Of a DNA stretch of 64,000 nucleotides, positions 18,204 through 27,468 are shown one piece after another. Position 1 is the stretch's first letter. Each line of letters begins with the position of its first letter. Made by a program: the position numbers and the translations under genes. The notes under the pieces are model-generated. The model was not told the origin of the DNA. It searched no databases and saw only the letters and a list, made by a program, of their open reading frames with translations. Source of the stretch: Acidobacteriota bacterium (GTDB taxonomy: Bacteria > Acidobacteriota > UBA6911 > RPQK01 > JAJDTT01); contig OZ220706.1 in NCBI GenBank assembly GCA_965116695.1, positions 770,415 through 834,414 on the forward strand. Direction: 5' to 3'.

Positions 18204-19471
18204 AGAGCGGGGCCGGCCCGGAGGAAGCGCCGACGGGCTATTGGGAGCTGGTTCGGGGCAACGCCAGTTTCCGGTATCTCTGGTTCGGGCAGATCGCGAG
18301 CCTGCTGGGCGACTGGTTCAACCTGATCGCCTCCGCCGCCCTCCTGGCCCAGCTCACCGGTTCCGGATTCGCTGTCGGGGGCCTGTTTGCGGTACGGATG
18401 CTCGCCCCGTTTCTCATCAGCCCGCTGGCGGGCGTCATCGCCGACCGTTGCAACCGCAAGCACATTCTCATCCTCAGCGACCTGTTTCGGGCCGTCACCG
18501 TCTGCGGCTTCCTGCTGGTCCGGGACCCGCAGGACGTCTGGCTGCTGTATACGCTCACCGCCGTCCAGTTGGCCCTGGGAGGTTTCTTCTTCCCCGCCCG
18601 CAACGCGATACTCCCCGACATCGTTTCTCCGCGGGAACTGGGAACGGCCAACGCCATCAACGCCGCCACCTGGTCGGTGATGCTGGCGTTCGGGGCAGCG
18701 CTGGGAGGACTCGTCGCCGGGACCTGGGGGATCTATCCGGCCTTCATCATCGATGCTTTCAGCTTCGTGGTTTCGGCGGTCATCCTCTTGGGGGTGCAGT
18801 ACCGGAAGCCCCCCGAGACCGGCGCCGCGTCCGGCCGGGGCCTGTTCGAGACAGCCGTAGTCCAATATCTCGAGGGTCTCGGCTACCTCCGGAACAACCG
18901 GGACATCCTGGTGACGGCCCTCCACAAGGGAGTGACCGCCCTGGTCTTTTCCCAGGGGTACCAGGTCGTCAAGGTGGTCATCGGCCGCAGTCTCTTTCCC
19001 TTGGGCCAAGCGGGGGGAATCAGCCTCGGACTGCTCTTCTCCGCTGCCGGATTGGGAACCGGTATCGGTCCCATCGCCGCCCGCCTGTGGACCGCGGACC
19101 GGCCCGACAGGCTCCGCCGGGCCCTGTTCGCCGGATATTTCCTGAGCGCTCTGGGCCTGGGGATCTCGTCCCTTCTCATCAACCTGGAAACCGTGCTTCT
19201 GGGAAGCCTGTGGGCCGGGGTCGGCGGCGGAATCATCTGGGTCTTTTCCACTCAGCTCCTGCTCCAATCGGTGCCGGGAAAGGTGCGGGGACGAGTCTTC
19301 GCCACCGAGTACGCCATCTTCACCCTGCTGTCCACATTCGGCGTGACGGCGACAGGGTTCGCGCTGGACTCGTCTCTGAAGGTGTCGGAAATCCTGGCGG
19401 GGATGTGCGCCCTGACGCTGGTTCCCGGCAGCCTGTGGCGTATCTGGCTCTGGCGCCGGGCGAGCCGGTAG
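18188..19471 (+). CDS. MFS transporter
   Basis: 427 aa, about 12 predicted TM segments. ATG at 18188 overlaps the upstream gene's end by 16 nt. The MFS signature-like loop GVIADRCNRK lies between TM2 and TM3. Confidence 0.8.
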   Translation: MPERLKSGAGPEEAPTGYWELVRGNASFRYLWFGQIASLLGDWFNLIASAALLAQLTGSGFAVGGLFAVRMLAPFLISPLAGVIADRCNRKHILILSDLFRAVTVCGFLLVRDPQDVWLLYTLTAVQLALGGFFFPARNAILPDIVSPRELGTANAINAATWSVMLAFGAALGGLVAGTWGIYPAFIIDAFSFVVSAVILLGVQYRKPPETGAASGRGLFETAVVQYLEGLGYLRNNRDILVTALHKGVTALVFSQGYQVVKVVIGRSLFPLGQAGGISLGLLFSAAGLGTGIGPIAARLWTADRPDRLRRALFAGYFLSALGLGISSLLINLETVLLGSLWAGVGGGIIWVFSTQLLLQSVPGKVRGRVFATEYAIFTLLSTFGVTATGFALDSSLKVSEILAGMCALTLVPGSLWRIWLWRRASR

Positions 19472-19494
19472 GGGCGACCCTTGTGGTCGCCCTC
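19468..19494 (+). repeat. REP-like 27-nt palindromic element (GTAGGGGCGACCCTTGTGGTCGCCCTC)
   Basis: Hairpin-forming. Overlaps the MFS stop codon. Member of a family with 5 copies in this window. Confidence 0.6.
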
Positions 19495-19525
19495 TTCCTG
19501 GCGGCATGAACCGGTTTGAAACGAA

Positions 19526-19549
19526 GAGGGCACCAAGGGGTGCCCCTAC
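19526..19549 (-). repeat. REP-like palindromic element, inverted copy (GAGGGCACCAAGGGGTGCCCCTAC)
   Basis: Reverse-complement orientation of the 27-nt unit. With the 19468 copy it forms an inverted pair, reminiscent of a BIME pair. Confidence 0.6.
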
Positions 19550-19702
19550 ATCCCTGGTTCTCCCGAACCAGGTGAAAAATGGGAAAGTCCTGGCTCACAG
19601 CCACCTTGAAGAACGGCTCCGGCTTCAGTAGCCTCCCGGAGACCGTTCGCGGCGAACGCAGCCACGCGGCCATCGCATACGGCTTGTCCAGAGGCACGCA
19701 CG

Positions 19703-20662
19703 GTGCAGATTTCCGAGATCATTCGTTCAGTCCATTTTGCGGAGCGGGATCCGGGGCGCAACTGGGTCAAGGATGCGCACATCGCCGTGGACCAGGACAC
19801 TCCGTTGGATTCCACCAAGATCCTCACGCCCAACGTCATTCGTCTTGCGGATCGGTCCTACCGCATGTACTACACGGGACTCGGCCTCGGGCGTCCCGTG
19901 GTCGAGTCGGAAGGGTACGTTCTGAGCGCCCGGTCCGATGACGCCGTGGCGTGGGTCAAGGATCCGGGGATTCGATTGGACGTCCATGCCCCCAATGCGA
20001 ACCGCAGGGTGCTCTGTCCGGACGTCATCCCGCTTCCCGACGGACGGTACCGCATGTACTATGAAGCCAGGACAGAGTCGGGTCCCACCAGCGTCCTGAG
20101 CGCCGTCTCGGAAGATGGACTCGACTGGGAGCCGGAGCCCGGGATTCGGGTGGCCGACGGCCGGTGGTCCTACGGATCGCCCCGGTGCCTCTATTTCCGG
20201 GGCTCGAGCGGCGGACTCCGGTACCGGATCTACTGCCACCACTACTCCTATCCTCTGAAGCCGGGTCTGACGTCGCAGAACCATATCGTGAGCGCCGCCT
20301 CGAAAGACGGGCTCCGCTTCGAACTGGAACCGGGAGTGCGCATTCCCCAGGAGACCGGTTACGAGGACTATGCCGTCTATGCGCCGGAAGTGATCCGCTT
20401 GGGCGAAGGCGGCTATCGCATGTACTACGCCGCCTGGACCCACGATCCCATGCACGGACGGATCTTTACGGCGGTCTCCCGCGACGGACTGGGCTGGAGG
20501 AAGGATCCCGAGCCCTGTCTTGACATCGGCGGTCCCTGGGACCAGACCCACGCCTCCGAACCGTGTGTCATCGACTTGGACGATGGCCGCTTCCGCCTCT
20601 TCTACGAGGCCTGCGATGCAAACGGCCGCTGGCGCATCCTGAGCGCCACCTCGTCGAACTGA
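19703..20662 (+). CDS. BNR/Asp-box repeat beta-propeller protein (sialidase/glycosidase-like), no signal peptide seen
   Basis: 319 aa. Four or five blades, each with a YRMYY-type strand and Asp-box SxDGxxW (SEDGLDW, SKDGLRF, SRDGLGW). Confidence 0.7.
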   Translation: MQISEIIRSVHFAERDPGRNWVKDAHIAVDQDTPLDSTKILTPNVIRLADRSYRMYYTGLGLGRPVVESEGYVLSARSDDAVAWVKDPGIRLDVHAPNANRRVLCPDVIPLPDGRYRMYYEARTESGPTSVLSAVSEDGLDWEPEPGIRVADGRWSYGSPRCLYFRGSSGGLRYRIYCHHYSYPLKPGLTSQNHIVSAASKDGLRFELEPGVRIPQETGYEDYAVYAPEVIRLGEGGYRMYYAAWTHDPMHGRIFTAVSRDGLGWRKDPEPCLDIGGPWDQTHASEPCVIDLDDGRFRLFYEACDANGRWRILSATSSN

Positions 20663-20689
20663 TCCGCGGGTCCGCCGGAAAGGACCCCT

Positions 20690-22348
20690 ATGACAAGCTT
20701 CGAGCGTCTACCGACATCCGCTCCGCGGCGCCCGCTCGCCAGCCTGGCGTTGTTCCTCGTCATGCTGCCGCCGGCTTGGGGGGAGTCCGCATCCCCGCTC
20801 GACGTCGGTGACCGCCGCCAAGTCTTTATCGACAACCGGTTCCTGGAATTCTCCCGGGGAGTCCGGTTGCACGTTCATCCTCCTCGCAAGACGGGCGAGT
20901 TGAGCATCGCCCAGGAACACCCGTGGGAGAGCCGGAGGGTGGGCCTGTACGGGACGGTGCTGAAAGTGGGCGAGACCTACCACATGTGGTACGAGTCCCT
21001 GGCCAATTTCGACCGCGACGACGCGGGGAACCACACCCTGAAGGTGGAGAGGGACCGGAGCGGCTGGCAGCGCTTCATGTGCTATGCACGATCCCGCGAC
21101 GGGATCACCTGGGAGAAGCCGAACCTGGGGCTGGTCGAGTTCGAAGGCAGCCGGAAGAACAACATCGTGGCCGGCCATGGCGCCGCCGGAATCGAGAAGC
21201 AGGCTTACGGGATGGTCTTCCTGGACCCCAATGCTCCGCCCGCGGAACGGTTTCGCCTGGTGGTCCGGCTGCGTGGCGGCGGGCGCAACCAGCTCAACCT
21301 CTACTCGGCCCCCGATGGGATCCACTTTCGGCCGACCTACGAGCGGGTCCTGAGCTACCGGGACGACCGCAGGCACCATTTGGACACCTACAACATCATC
21401 TTCTGGGACGATCGAATCCGAAAGTACGTCGCCTATGTCAGACGGAACGCCCCGGGGCCTGGCCAACACCGGACCAACGCCCGGAGCGAATCCCTCCGCC
21501 TCGACCGGTTTCCCGACATCGAAGATTCGGCCCTCTCGCTGTCTCCCGACCGGCTGGATCTGCACCACTTCGACCCCGTCTCCAGGACCCGGGTCCCGGT
21601 GGCGGATTTCTACACCAGCATCGTCGTGAAATACCCTTGGGCACAGGACGCCTACTACGCCTTCCCTTCCCTCTACTATCACTACGACGGCCGATTCCTG
21701 CACGAGTTCAGGGAGGAAACCCCGCACAACACCGGGGCCAACGACATCCGCTTTGCCGCCAGCCGGGACGGGATCGCCTGGAATCGTTACGACCGGCGTC
21801 CTTTCGTGGAGCTGGGAATGGACGGAGAGTTCGACACGCGGGACAGCTACATGGTCCACGGCGTCGTGCCGGCGCTCAACGGCCGGGAGATGTACCTGTA
21901 TTACTCGGGCAAGGACATGCTGCATGCCTGGGGTTGGGGCGACCGGAGGAATCGTCTGATCCGTGAGGCGGGTCTGGCCCCCGATCGCGAGATGGCCGCC
22001 ATCAGCCGGCTGGTGTTGCGCCGGGATGGGTTCATCTCGGTCCGGGCCGATTACTTGGGAGGCGAATTCACGACGCCGTTGCTGAGTTTCCGGGGCAGCG
22101 AGCTGGTCCTGAACGTGAACACATCTGCCGGCGGCATCGCGCGCGTGGCGGTCCTCGATTCGGACTTCAGGCCCCTGGACGGGTACTCCCTGGAGGACTG
22201 CGACCGGATCCACACCACCAACCGGATCGAAAGGCGGGTTTCCTGGAACGGAAAATCGGACCTGAGTTCGCTCGCCGGACGTCCGGTCCGGCTCCATTTC
22301 GAGCTGCGCGACCTGGATCTCTACGGCTTCCGGTTTCGGAACCGGTGA
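20690..22348 (+). CDS. Secreted BNR/Asp-box beta-propeller protein with C-terminal beta-sandwich; paralog of 8289-9863
   Basis: 552 aa. Signal LASLALFLVMLPPAWG. Asp-boxes SRDGITW, APDGIHF, SRDGIAW. Conserved blocks QVFIDNRF, YYAFPSLYYHY and ...DLYGFRF are shared with the 8289 gene. Confidence 0.7.
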   Translation: MTSFERLPTSAPRRPLASLALFLVMLPPAWGESASPLDVGDRRQVFIDNRFLEFSRGVRLHVHPPRKTGELSIAQEHPWESRRVGLYGTVLKVGETYHMWYESLANFDRDDAGNHTLKVERDRSGWQRFMCYARSRDGITWEKPNLGLVEFEGSRKNNIVAGHGAAGIEKQAYGMVFLDPNAPPAERFRLVVRLRGGGRNQLNLYSAPDGIHFRPTYERVLSYRDDRRHHLDTYNIIFWDDRIRKYVAYVRRNAPGPGQHRTNARSESLRLDRFPDIEDSALSLSPDRLDLHHFDPVSRTRVPVADFYTSIVVKYPWAQDAYYAFPSLYYHYDGRFLHEFREETPHNTGANDIRFAASRDGIAWNRYDRRPFVELGMDGEFDTRDSYMVHGVVPALNGREMYLYYSGKDMLHAWGWGDRRNRLIREAGLAPDREMAAISRLVLRRDGFISVRADYLGGEFTTPLLSFRGSELVLNVNTSAGGIARVAVLDSDFRPLDGYSLEDCDRIHTTNRIERRVSWNGKSDLSSLAGRPVRLHFELRDLDLYGFRFRNR

Positions 22349-22377
22349 CCACGGGGAAGGCTCAGGCAATGCCCACG

Positions 22378-23403
22378 TCACGGCTCGGGACTGACCGAGA
22401 GATAGGCGATGATATTGGCCAGGTGCATGACGAACTCGGCCGTGATCATGATCTTGTCGCCCAGCGTCGGCTTCGGAGTCCAGAACTTGGTGTTCTCCCA
22501 GTGACCGTCGTCGAACTGGTGCTCCACGAACCAGTCCCCCATGCGCCGGGTCCAGGCCCGGTACGCTTCCTCCCGCGTCGCGACGTACAACAAGCCTGAA
22601 CCCCAGCCCGACTTGCACACCTGCTTGGACCGGAACTGGATGTCGTCCGTGCTCATGGAGAATCGTTCGTACTCCCGGGCCAGCCGCAGCCAGCGGTCCT
22701 CTCCCGTGGCCTCGTGGACGTGGAGCAGCCCTGCCGCGGCGATTCCGCCGTTGAAGTGATGTTGCCAGGGCTCGTCCTTGAGGGTGACATAGAACGCCGC
22801 CTCCTGGGGGTCGTAGTCGCGAACCAGACCCTGGGAACGCCGGTAGACGGCGTAGAGACGGTGCTCGGGATCGGTCTGGAGTTCCCAGAGGCGCTGGAGC
22901 CAGCGGCCGGCCCGGACCGCTTCGGGAACGCGGCCCACCAGGGAGAGAGTCATGGCGGCTTGGGCCGTGGGGAACAGCTCCTGGTCCCCTTCGACGCCCT
23001 CGTGCGAGTTGGCGTAGAAGCCCCCGGTCTCCGGGTCCTGCCAGGTGAGCAGGCTCCGGGTGCAACGCCGCACCAGGTCCAACCGGCCCAACAGGCTGGC
23101 GCCGTAGATCAGGCACGCCAGAGGGTACGAGCCGTAGCGGAGCTGCGGTCCCGCCGTGGTGGCGCTCTCGTCCAGGGCGCCGTCGGGGGCGATCCGGTTG
23201 CGATCGACCCAATCCAGCAACCGGTGGCCCGCCTCCGTTTCACCCATGAGGGCGAAGGCCCAGGGAACGCGATAGTAGTAGTTTCGCTCCGTTACATTCC
23301 CCAGAGACCCGTCCGGATTGATCTGTTCCAACATCCAGTCGGCGCCCTTCCGGCAGGAACGCCGGTAACTCTCCAGCTTCGTTTCCACATCGACGACTTG
23401 CAT
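22378..23403 (-). CDS. Hypothetical protein, (alpha/alpha)6-barrel / six-hairpin glycosidase-like fold (family uncertain)
   Basis: 341 aa. Repeated W/Y-rich helical hairpin pattern. No specific family motif recognised. Convergent with the upstream BNR gene. Confidence 0.4.
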   Translation of the reverse strand: MQVVDVETKLESYRRSCRKGADWMLEQINPDGSLGNVTERNYYYRVPWAFALMGETEAGHRLLDWVDRNRIAPDGALDESATTAGPQLRYGSYPLACLIYGASLLGRLDLVRRCTRSLLTWQDPETGGFYANSHEGVEGDQELFPTAQAAMTLSLVGRVPEAVRAGRWLQRLWELQTDPEHRLYAVYRRSQGLVRDYDPQEAAFYVTLKDEPWQHHFNGGIAAAGLLHVHEATGEDRWLRLAREYERFSMSTDDIQFRSKQVCKSGWGSGLLYVATREEAYRAWTRRMGDWFVEHQFDDGHWENTKFWTPKPTLGDKIMITAEFVMHLANIIAYLSVSPEP

Positions 23404-23440
23404 TGGTGCTTCTCCTCGCGTCGCGCCTGACAGGTTTCCG

Positions 23441-24226
23441 TCAGCGCGCAGTGAACCCCCCGTCCACCGGAAGCAGGACGCCGGTGACCCAACGGGCCTC
23501 GTCCGAAGCCAGGTAGACGGCGGCGGCGGCGATGTCTTGCGGTTCGCCCAGCCGTCCCAGCGGGTGGTTCCGTATCATTTCGGTCCACGCGTCCGGATCC
23601 TCCTTGAGACGGCGAAACATCTCCCGGTTGATGTCGGTGATCACGAAGGAGGGATTGATGGCATTCACCCGGATGTTGTGCTTGCCGAAGTCGACGGCCA
23701 TTTGCCGGGTCAGGATGGACACGGCTCCCTTGGAGGCTCCGTAGGCCGGTCGAATCGGCAGACCGACCAAGCCGGCCACCGACGACATGTTGACGATGGC
23801 GCCCCCACCCTGGCGGATCATTCCGGGAATCACGGCCCGGCTCATGAGGAAGACGCCCTTGGCATTGACGCGGAGGGTCTGGTCCCAATCCTCCTCCCGG
23901 GTGTCGAGTACGGTTTCGCGGGACGGGATGACACCGGCATTGTTGACCAGGATGTCGATGCCCTCCAGCAGAGTGTGGGCCGTGGACACGATGCGCTCCA
24001 CCTGGCGCGAGCATCCCACGTCTCCCGCCACGAAGTGAGCTTCCCCGCCCGCTTGACGAATCGATTCGACGACCTGGTGCGAAGCCCGCTCCTGGATATC
24101 CACGACGGCGACCCGCGCTCCCTCATCGGCGAAACGGCGGGCGATGGCCTCTCCGAGACCGGCGGCGGCGCCGGTGACCAACGCCCGCTTCCCTGCCAGC
24201 CGTGCCGACGGCAATCGGCGTGTCAC
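23441..24226 (-). CDS. SDR family NAD(P)-dependent oxidoreductase
   Basis: TGAAAGLG cofactor motif, NNAG motif, and catalytic YGASK. Confidence 0.9.
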   Translation of the reverse strand: MTRRLPSARLAGKRALVTGAAAGLGEAIARRFADEGARVAVVDIQERASHQVVESIRQAGGEAHFVAGDVGCSRQVERIVSTAHTLLEGIDILVNNAGVIPSRETVLDTREEDWDQTLRVNAKGVFLMSRAVIPGMIRQGGGAIVNMSSVAGLVGLPIRPAYGASKGAVSILTRQMAVDFGKHNIRVNAINPSFVITDINREMFRRLKEDPDAWTEMIRNHPLGRLGEPQDIAAAAVYLASDEARWVTGVLLPVDGGFTAR

Positions 24227-24309
24227 GCGGACGTCCTCCGTCCGGAATTTGCGCGGCCCGCTTGGCGCTTCATCGATCCCACCCTACCAGCATCCATCCT
24301 CCGGGGACG

Positions 24310-25038
24310 TCACCGTTTCCAAAAGTCCTCGAATCCGAAGGTCGGCCGCCAGCCAAAGACCCGTTTGACCTTCTCATTGGAGAACTGGCCGTGAGGAAAG
24401 TCGGCAGAGACGAAGTAGGCTTCGTAGCGCGAGGGCAATTGCTCCAATGGAACCTCCAGGGCCAATGGAAACAGAGCCGCCGCATCCTGCCAAGTGACGG
24501 TGAACGGAACGAACGTGGGTTCGTCGTCCGGGCGCGGCCGAGTGTCCCGGAAGTGGTAGAAGAGGAAGGAGGTGACGTAGAGATCGTGATTGCGAGTGAA
24601 GATCCGGCAGACCTCCTCGGCCAGCCCCTTGGTCAGGGCATACAGATGAGTTCCCGGCCGGGGCGTGACATCCGGATGCATGGCGAAGTCATAGGGTTCA
24701 CAGGTGGCGGGTCCCGTGACGGCATAGAAGGGACCGGTCTGGATGAACCGTTGGATCCCGTGCCTGCAGGCCGCCGTCAACGCATTGCAGGCGCCTCGGG
24801 TGTTGACGTCGAAAGCCAGTCGCCGGTCATGCCGCAACACGGACAGGTTGATGATGGTGTCCATCCCCTCCGCGGCGTCCACCACCTGCTCCAAGTCGGC
24901 GACGTCGACCCGCCGGTACTCGTGAGGCCCCTCGGCGGATACCTTGACGTCGGTCAGCCGCAGCTCGTGCCGGCCCTCGAGCGCCCGGACGACGTGAGGT
25001 CCCAGGTATCCGGCAGCGCCCAGAATCAGGACCTTCAA
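24310..25038 (-). CDS. NAD-dependent epimerase/dehydratase family protein
   Basis: Proposed TTG start (LKVLILGAAGYLG Rossmann motif), with GGAGG 5 nt upstream. It overlaps the TGA stop of the upstream gene as TTGA, suggesting translational coupling. The ORF-track start at 25227 is an unlikely 5' extension. Confidence 0.65.
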   Translation of the reverse strand: MKVLILGAAGYLGPHVVRALEGRHELRLTDVKVSAEGPHEYRRVDVADLEQVVDAAEGMDTIINLSVLRHDRRLAFDVNTRGACNALTAACRHGIQRFIQTGPFYAVTGPATCEPYDFAMHPDVTPRPGTHLYALTKGLAEEVCRIFTRNHDLYVTSFLFYHFRDTRPRPDDEPTFVPFTVTWQDAAALFPLALEVPLEQLPSRYEAYFVSADFPHGQFSNEKVKRVFGWRPTFGFEDFWKR

Positions 25039-25709
25039 GCCGGCCTCCAGGTCGATTCGAATCCCAGGATCCGTTGTGCCCGTTCCGTACCGTATCGCTG
25101 TCCGGGCAGTCCGGACTGGATGTGGAACACCGAATACGCGGGCAGCTCGGCCGTCAAGGACCGTCCGACTGCTTCGACAGCGTCCCGGGCGGTGACCCCG
25201 TCGGCACAGGATTGCTCCCTGCTCCACAGGATCGACCCCAGCCTGAGACAGATGGTCTGGAGTTTTCCCTCTCTCGCGTATTCACGACATACGATCTCTC
25301 CCAGGCGGTAGGCGAGGGTCGGCGGTTCCGCGTCCGGCCAGGGCAACCATCGCTCGGTGACCCGGAGACCGGCAGGATACCGGTCCATGACACCGAGGGA
25401 ACTCAATTGAACCACCCGGGGAACACCGGCCTCCCACGCCGCCCGGAGCAGGTTGTACAGACAGCGCGTCTGTCGATCCAGTCGAACGGAAGCATCCTCG
25501 GAAGGGTCGGTCCACCCGGTCCAGATGATGGCGTCCATTCCCTCGACCAACAGCCGGGTTTCGGAGTCGTGATTCAATTCGCACGGAACGAAAGCGTGAC
25601 GGCTCCCGACCGGCAGAGTGTCGGTGAGAACGACCCGGTGCCGCCCGGCCAGAGCCTGGGCCAGATGTTGGACCAGCCGATTCCTGGCGGTTGTGAGCAG
25701 CAGCTTCAT
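25035..25709 (-). CDS. Atypical NAD-dependent epimerase/dehydratase-like protein (degenerate Rossmann motif)
   Basis: Start at the internal ATG (MKLLLTTARNRLV...). The first gene of an epimerase-epimerase-SDR minus-strand operon. Confidence 0.55.
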   Translation of the reverse strand: MKLLLTTARNRLVQHLAQALAGRHRVVLTDTLPVGSRHAFVPCELNHDSETRLLVEGMDAIIWTGWTDPSEDASVRLDRQTRCLYNLLRAAWEAGVPRVVQLSSLGVMDRYPAGLRVTERWLPWPDAEPPTLAYRLGEIVCREYAREGKLQTICLRLGSILWSREQSCADGVTARDAVEAVGRSLTAELPAYSVFHIQSGLPGQRYGTERAQRILGFESTWRPA

Positions 25710-25867
25710 AGGTTGATCCGGCCGCCGACTCGAGACTGCCCCGCATCGGCTCGAATCGAGCGGCGCCGCCATCGACGTCGCGGAATGCAAAATTACAGGG
25801 GACTTACATAGATTAACCCGATCTTACGTGGTCAGGAGTATCACAAATCGGGAGGACTTAAGCAAAA

Positions 25868-26794
25868 TCAATTCGGAACGCTCCAATTCCCGAATGCCAA
25901 GTAAGTCGCAGCCGACGTTCGACGACGGAAGCGAGATAAATTTCGGACTACGCAAGAGGGCCTGAGACAGGTTCTCTGGTTAATGATCTTGCCCATCATC
26001 GGATTGATCGTCGAGAAATTGAAGCCATCGAGACTCGACGGAGAGATCGAATTGTCGAGGCTGAACGCCAGCGACCTGGCCGGACGATCCCGCACCCACA
26101 AGCAGATGATCATTGGCTGAAAACAGCTGACTCTGGTGGTAGTCTTTCGGATAGGCCTTGAATTGCGGGGGCATCCAACATTCTTCTGATGATCAGATGC
26201 CCTGATTTTAAGCGCTTCGGTGACAGCTCCGTATTCCGACAGGCTCCTAGTCGAGAAATTCATCGATTTTTCTCGCCAACTATCCATTTTATCGGCCAAA
26301 TCGTCGGCAATCTTGTCGGACTCGTACCACGCTTCAAATATGAAATCCGGCCCTTCCCAATCTGCGCGATTGCCTTCCAAACCACAATATACATAGGACC
26401 CTCTGATCCGTGACGTGCCTATATTCTGCTTGTCACATATCTGTTGGATTTCAATGGGTTTCACGTTCTCAAACCCGCTGACCGTAATATTCTCGCCGTC
26501 CCAGTTGCGGTCAAGACGGACACCTTCCCAACCTGTTACACCACCACACTGCCAAGAGCGTTTCCTTATCCGTACCGCGTGTGGTTGATTTTGTGACGTC
26601 ACAAAATCCACTGTCCACTCTCGGTTGCAGAACCGCTGCCTAAGATGTTCGTCAACACGTCTAAGAATTCTCTTGACCGCACTATTCCTGATTTTCAGTG
26701 CTGCCTTTTCGACGAGGAGTGCCAGCTTCACGTACTTTTTGTCTCGAAGAATGAAATCTCTTGTCGTGCGAACCGCGTCATCATCGTTTGTCAT
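25868..26794 (-). CDS. Hypothetical protein (no recognisable family) in AT-rich islet
   Basis: Start proposed at the internal ATG (MTNDDDAV...), with GGAG 9 nt upstream; this removes the overlap with the upstream nuclease gene. Local GC is ~45-48%. Confidence 0.45.
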   Translation of the reverse strand: MTNDDDAVRTTRDFILRDKKYVKLALLVEKAALKIRNSAVKRILRRVDEHLRQRFCNREWTVDFVTSQNQPHAVRIRKRSWQCGGVTGWEGVRLDRNWDGENITVSGFENVKPIEIQQICDKQNIGTSRIRGSYVYCGLEGNRADWEGPDFIFEAWYESDKIADDLADKMDSWREKSMNFSTRSLSEYGAVTEALKIRASDHQKNVGCPRNSRPIRKTTTRVSCFQPMIICLWVRDRPARSLAFSLDNSISPSSLDGFNFSTINPMMGKIINQRTCLRPSCVVRNLSRFRRRTSAATYLAFGNWSVPN

Positions 26795-26862
26795 GACCAA
26801 ATCTCCTAGGTGTCGGACACGTCGTTTGCCCGGAATTCGAATTCCCGCCTGATGAACTTTAG

Positions 26863-27468
26863 TTAATCTTTCAAAAACCAACGGACGACTTCGGCCTCAC
26901 ATTTCCTCCTGCATTCTTCAATCCAGTGCTCGACTGACGGAATCCTGTCGTTGCCCCAGCGGTAAGGAACTGTCAGGCAGCAATCTTGTGCTTCACGATC
27001 GAGGTTCGGCCACTCGGTTGGGTGTCTTCCATCATTGCTAAAGTACAGCATGCGTCCTATTCCACGATTTTTTAAGTCTCTCAGATAGAACTCAATCTGC
27101 CGATCCTGATCATTGGCCCATGGCTTGTTCTCGATCCCGATCCAGAGATCGTCGGGCATCTCCAGCACAATATCGATCTTCCCTGGCGCATTTTCCCTGT
27201 ACTCTTGCGTCTTAAATTCACGATGCACCTCGCATTTGCGAAGATTGTGATTCGAGAGACTACTAATTTCCCTCGAAAACCGATCCGTTTTCTTCAACAT
27301 ATCCAGGAACAATCGAAGAAAACCGTCGCCCTGCCCATGGCTCCCCGACGGACAGAGAAGATCAACAAAAATGCGGGATAGAGCGTTCTCTACGGGCTTG
27401 AAGTAGGAAAAAATAGAAAACTGGGTTGCAGCGATTCGGTCCAGTTCCTCCCTTGCACACTTGGCCAT
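26863..27468 (-). CDS. PD-(D/E)xK nuclease superfamily protein
   Basis: 201 aa. Core GKIDIVLEMPDDLWIGIENK carries the D...(D/E)xK catalytic-like triad. Within the AT-rich islet. Confidence 0.55.
   Translation of the reverse strand: MAKCAREELDRIAATQFSIFSYFKPVENALSRIFVDLLCPSGSHGQGDGFLRLFLDMLKKTDRFSREISSLSNHNLRKCEVHREFKTQEYRENAPGKIDIVLEMPDDLWIGIENKPWANDQDRQIEFYLRDLKNRGIGRMLYFSNDGRHPTEWPNLDREAQDCCLTVPYRWGNDRIPSVEHWIEECRRKCEAEVVRWFLKD

Noticed and set aside
20708-23212. 834-aa minus-strand ORF antisense to the BNR paralog and six-hairpin genes
   Set aside because: Arg/Pro/Gly-rich low-complexity translation. It is antisense to two genes with clear domain content. A classic high-GC shadow ORF.
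25868-26881. Full-length 337-aa version of the AT-islet hypothetical ORF overlapping the nuclease gene by 19 nt
   Set aside because: An internal ATG with a GGAG SD (start 26794) gives a non-overlapping gene. The N-terminal 29 aa of the longer form are Arg/Gly-rich read-through of the upstream gene's 3' end. Retained only as an alternative.
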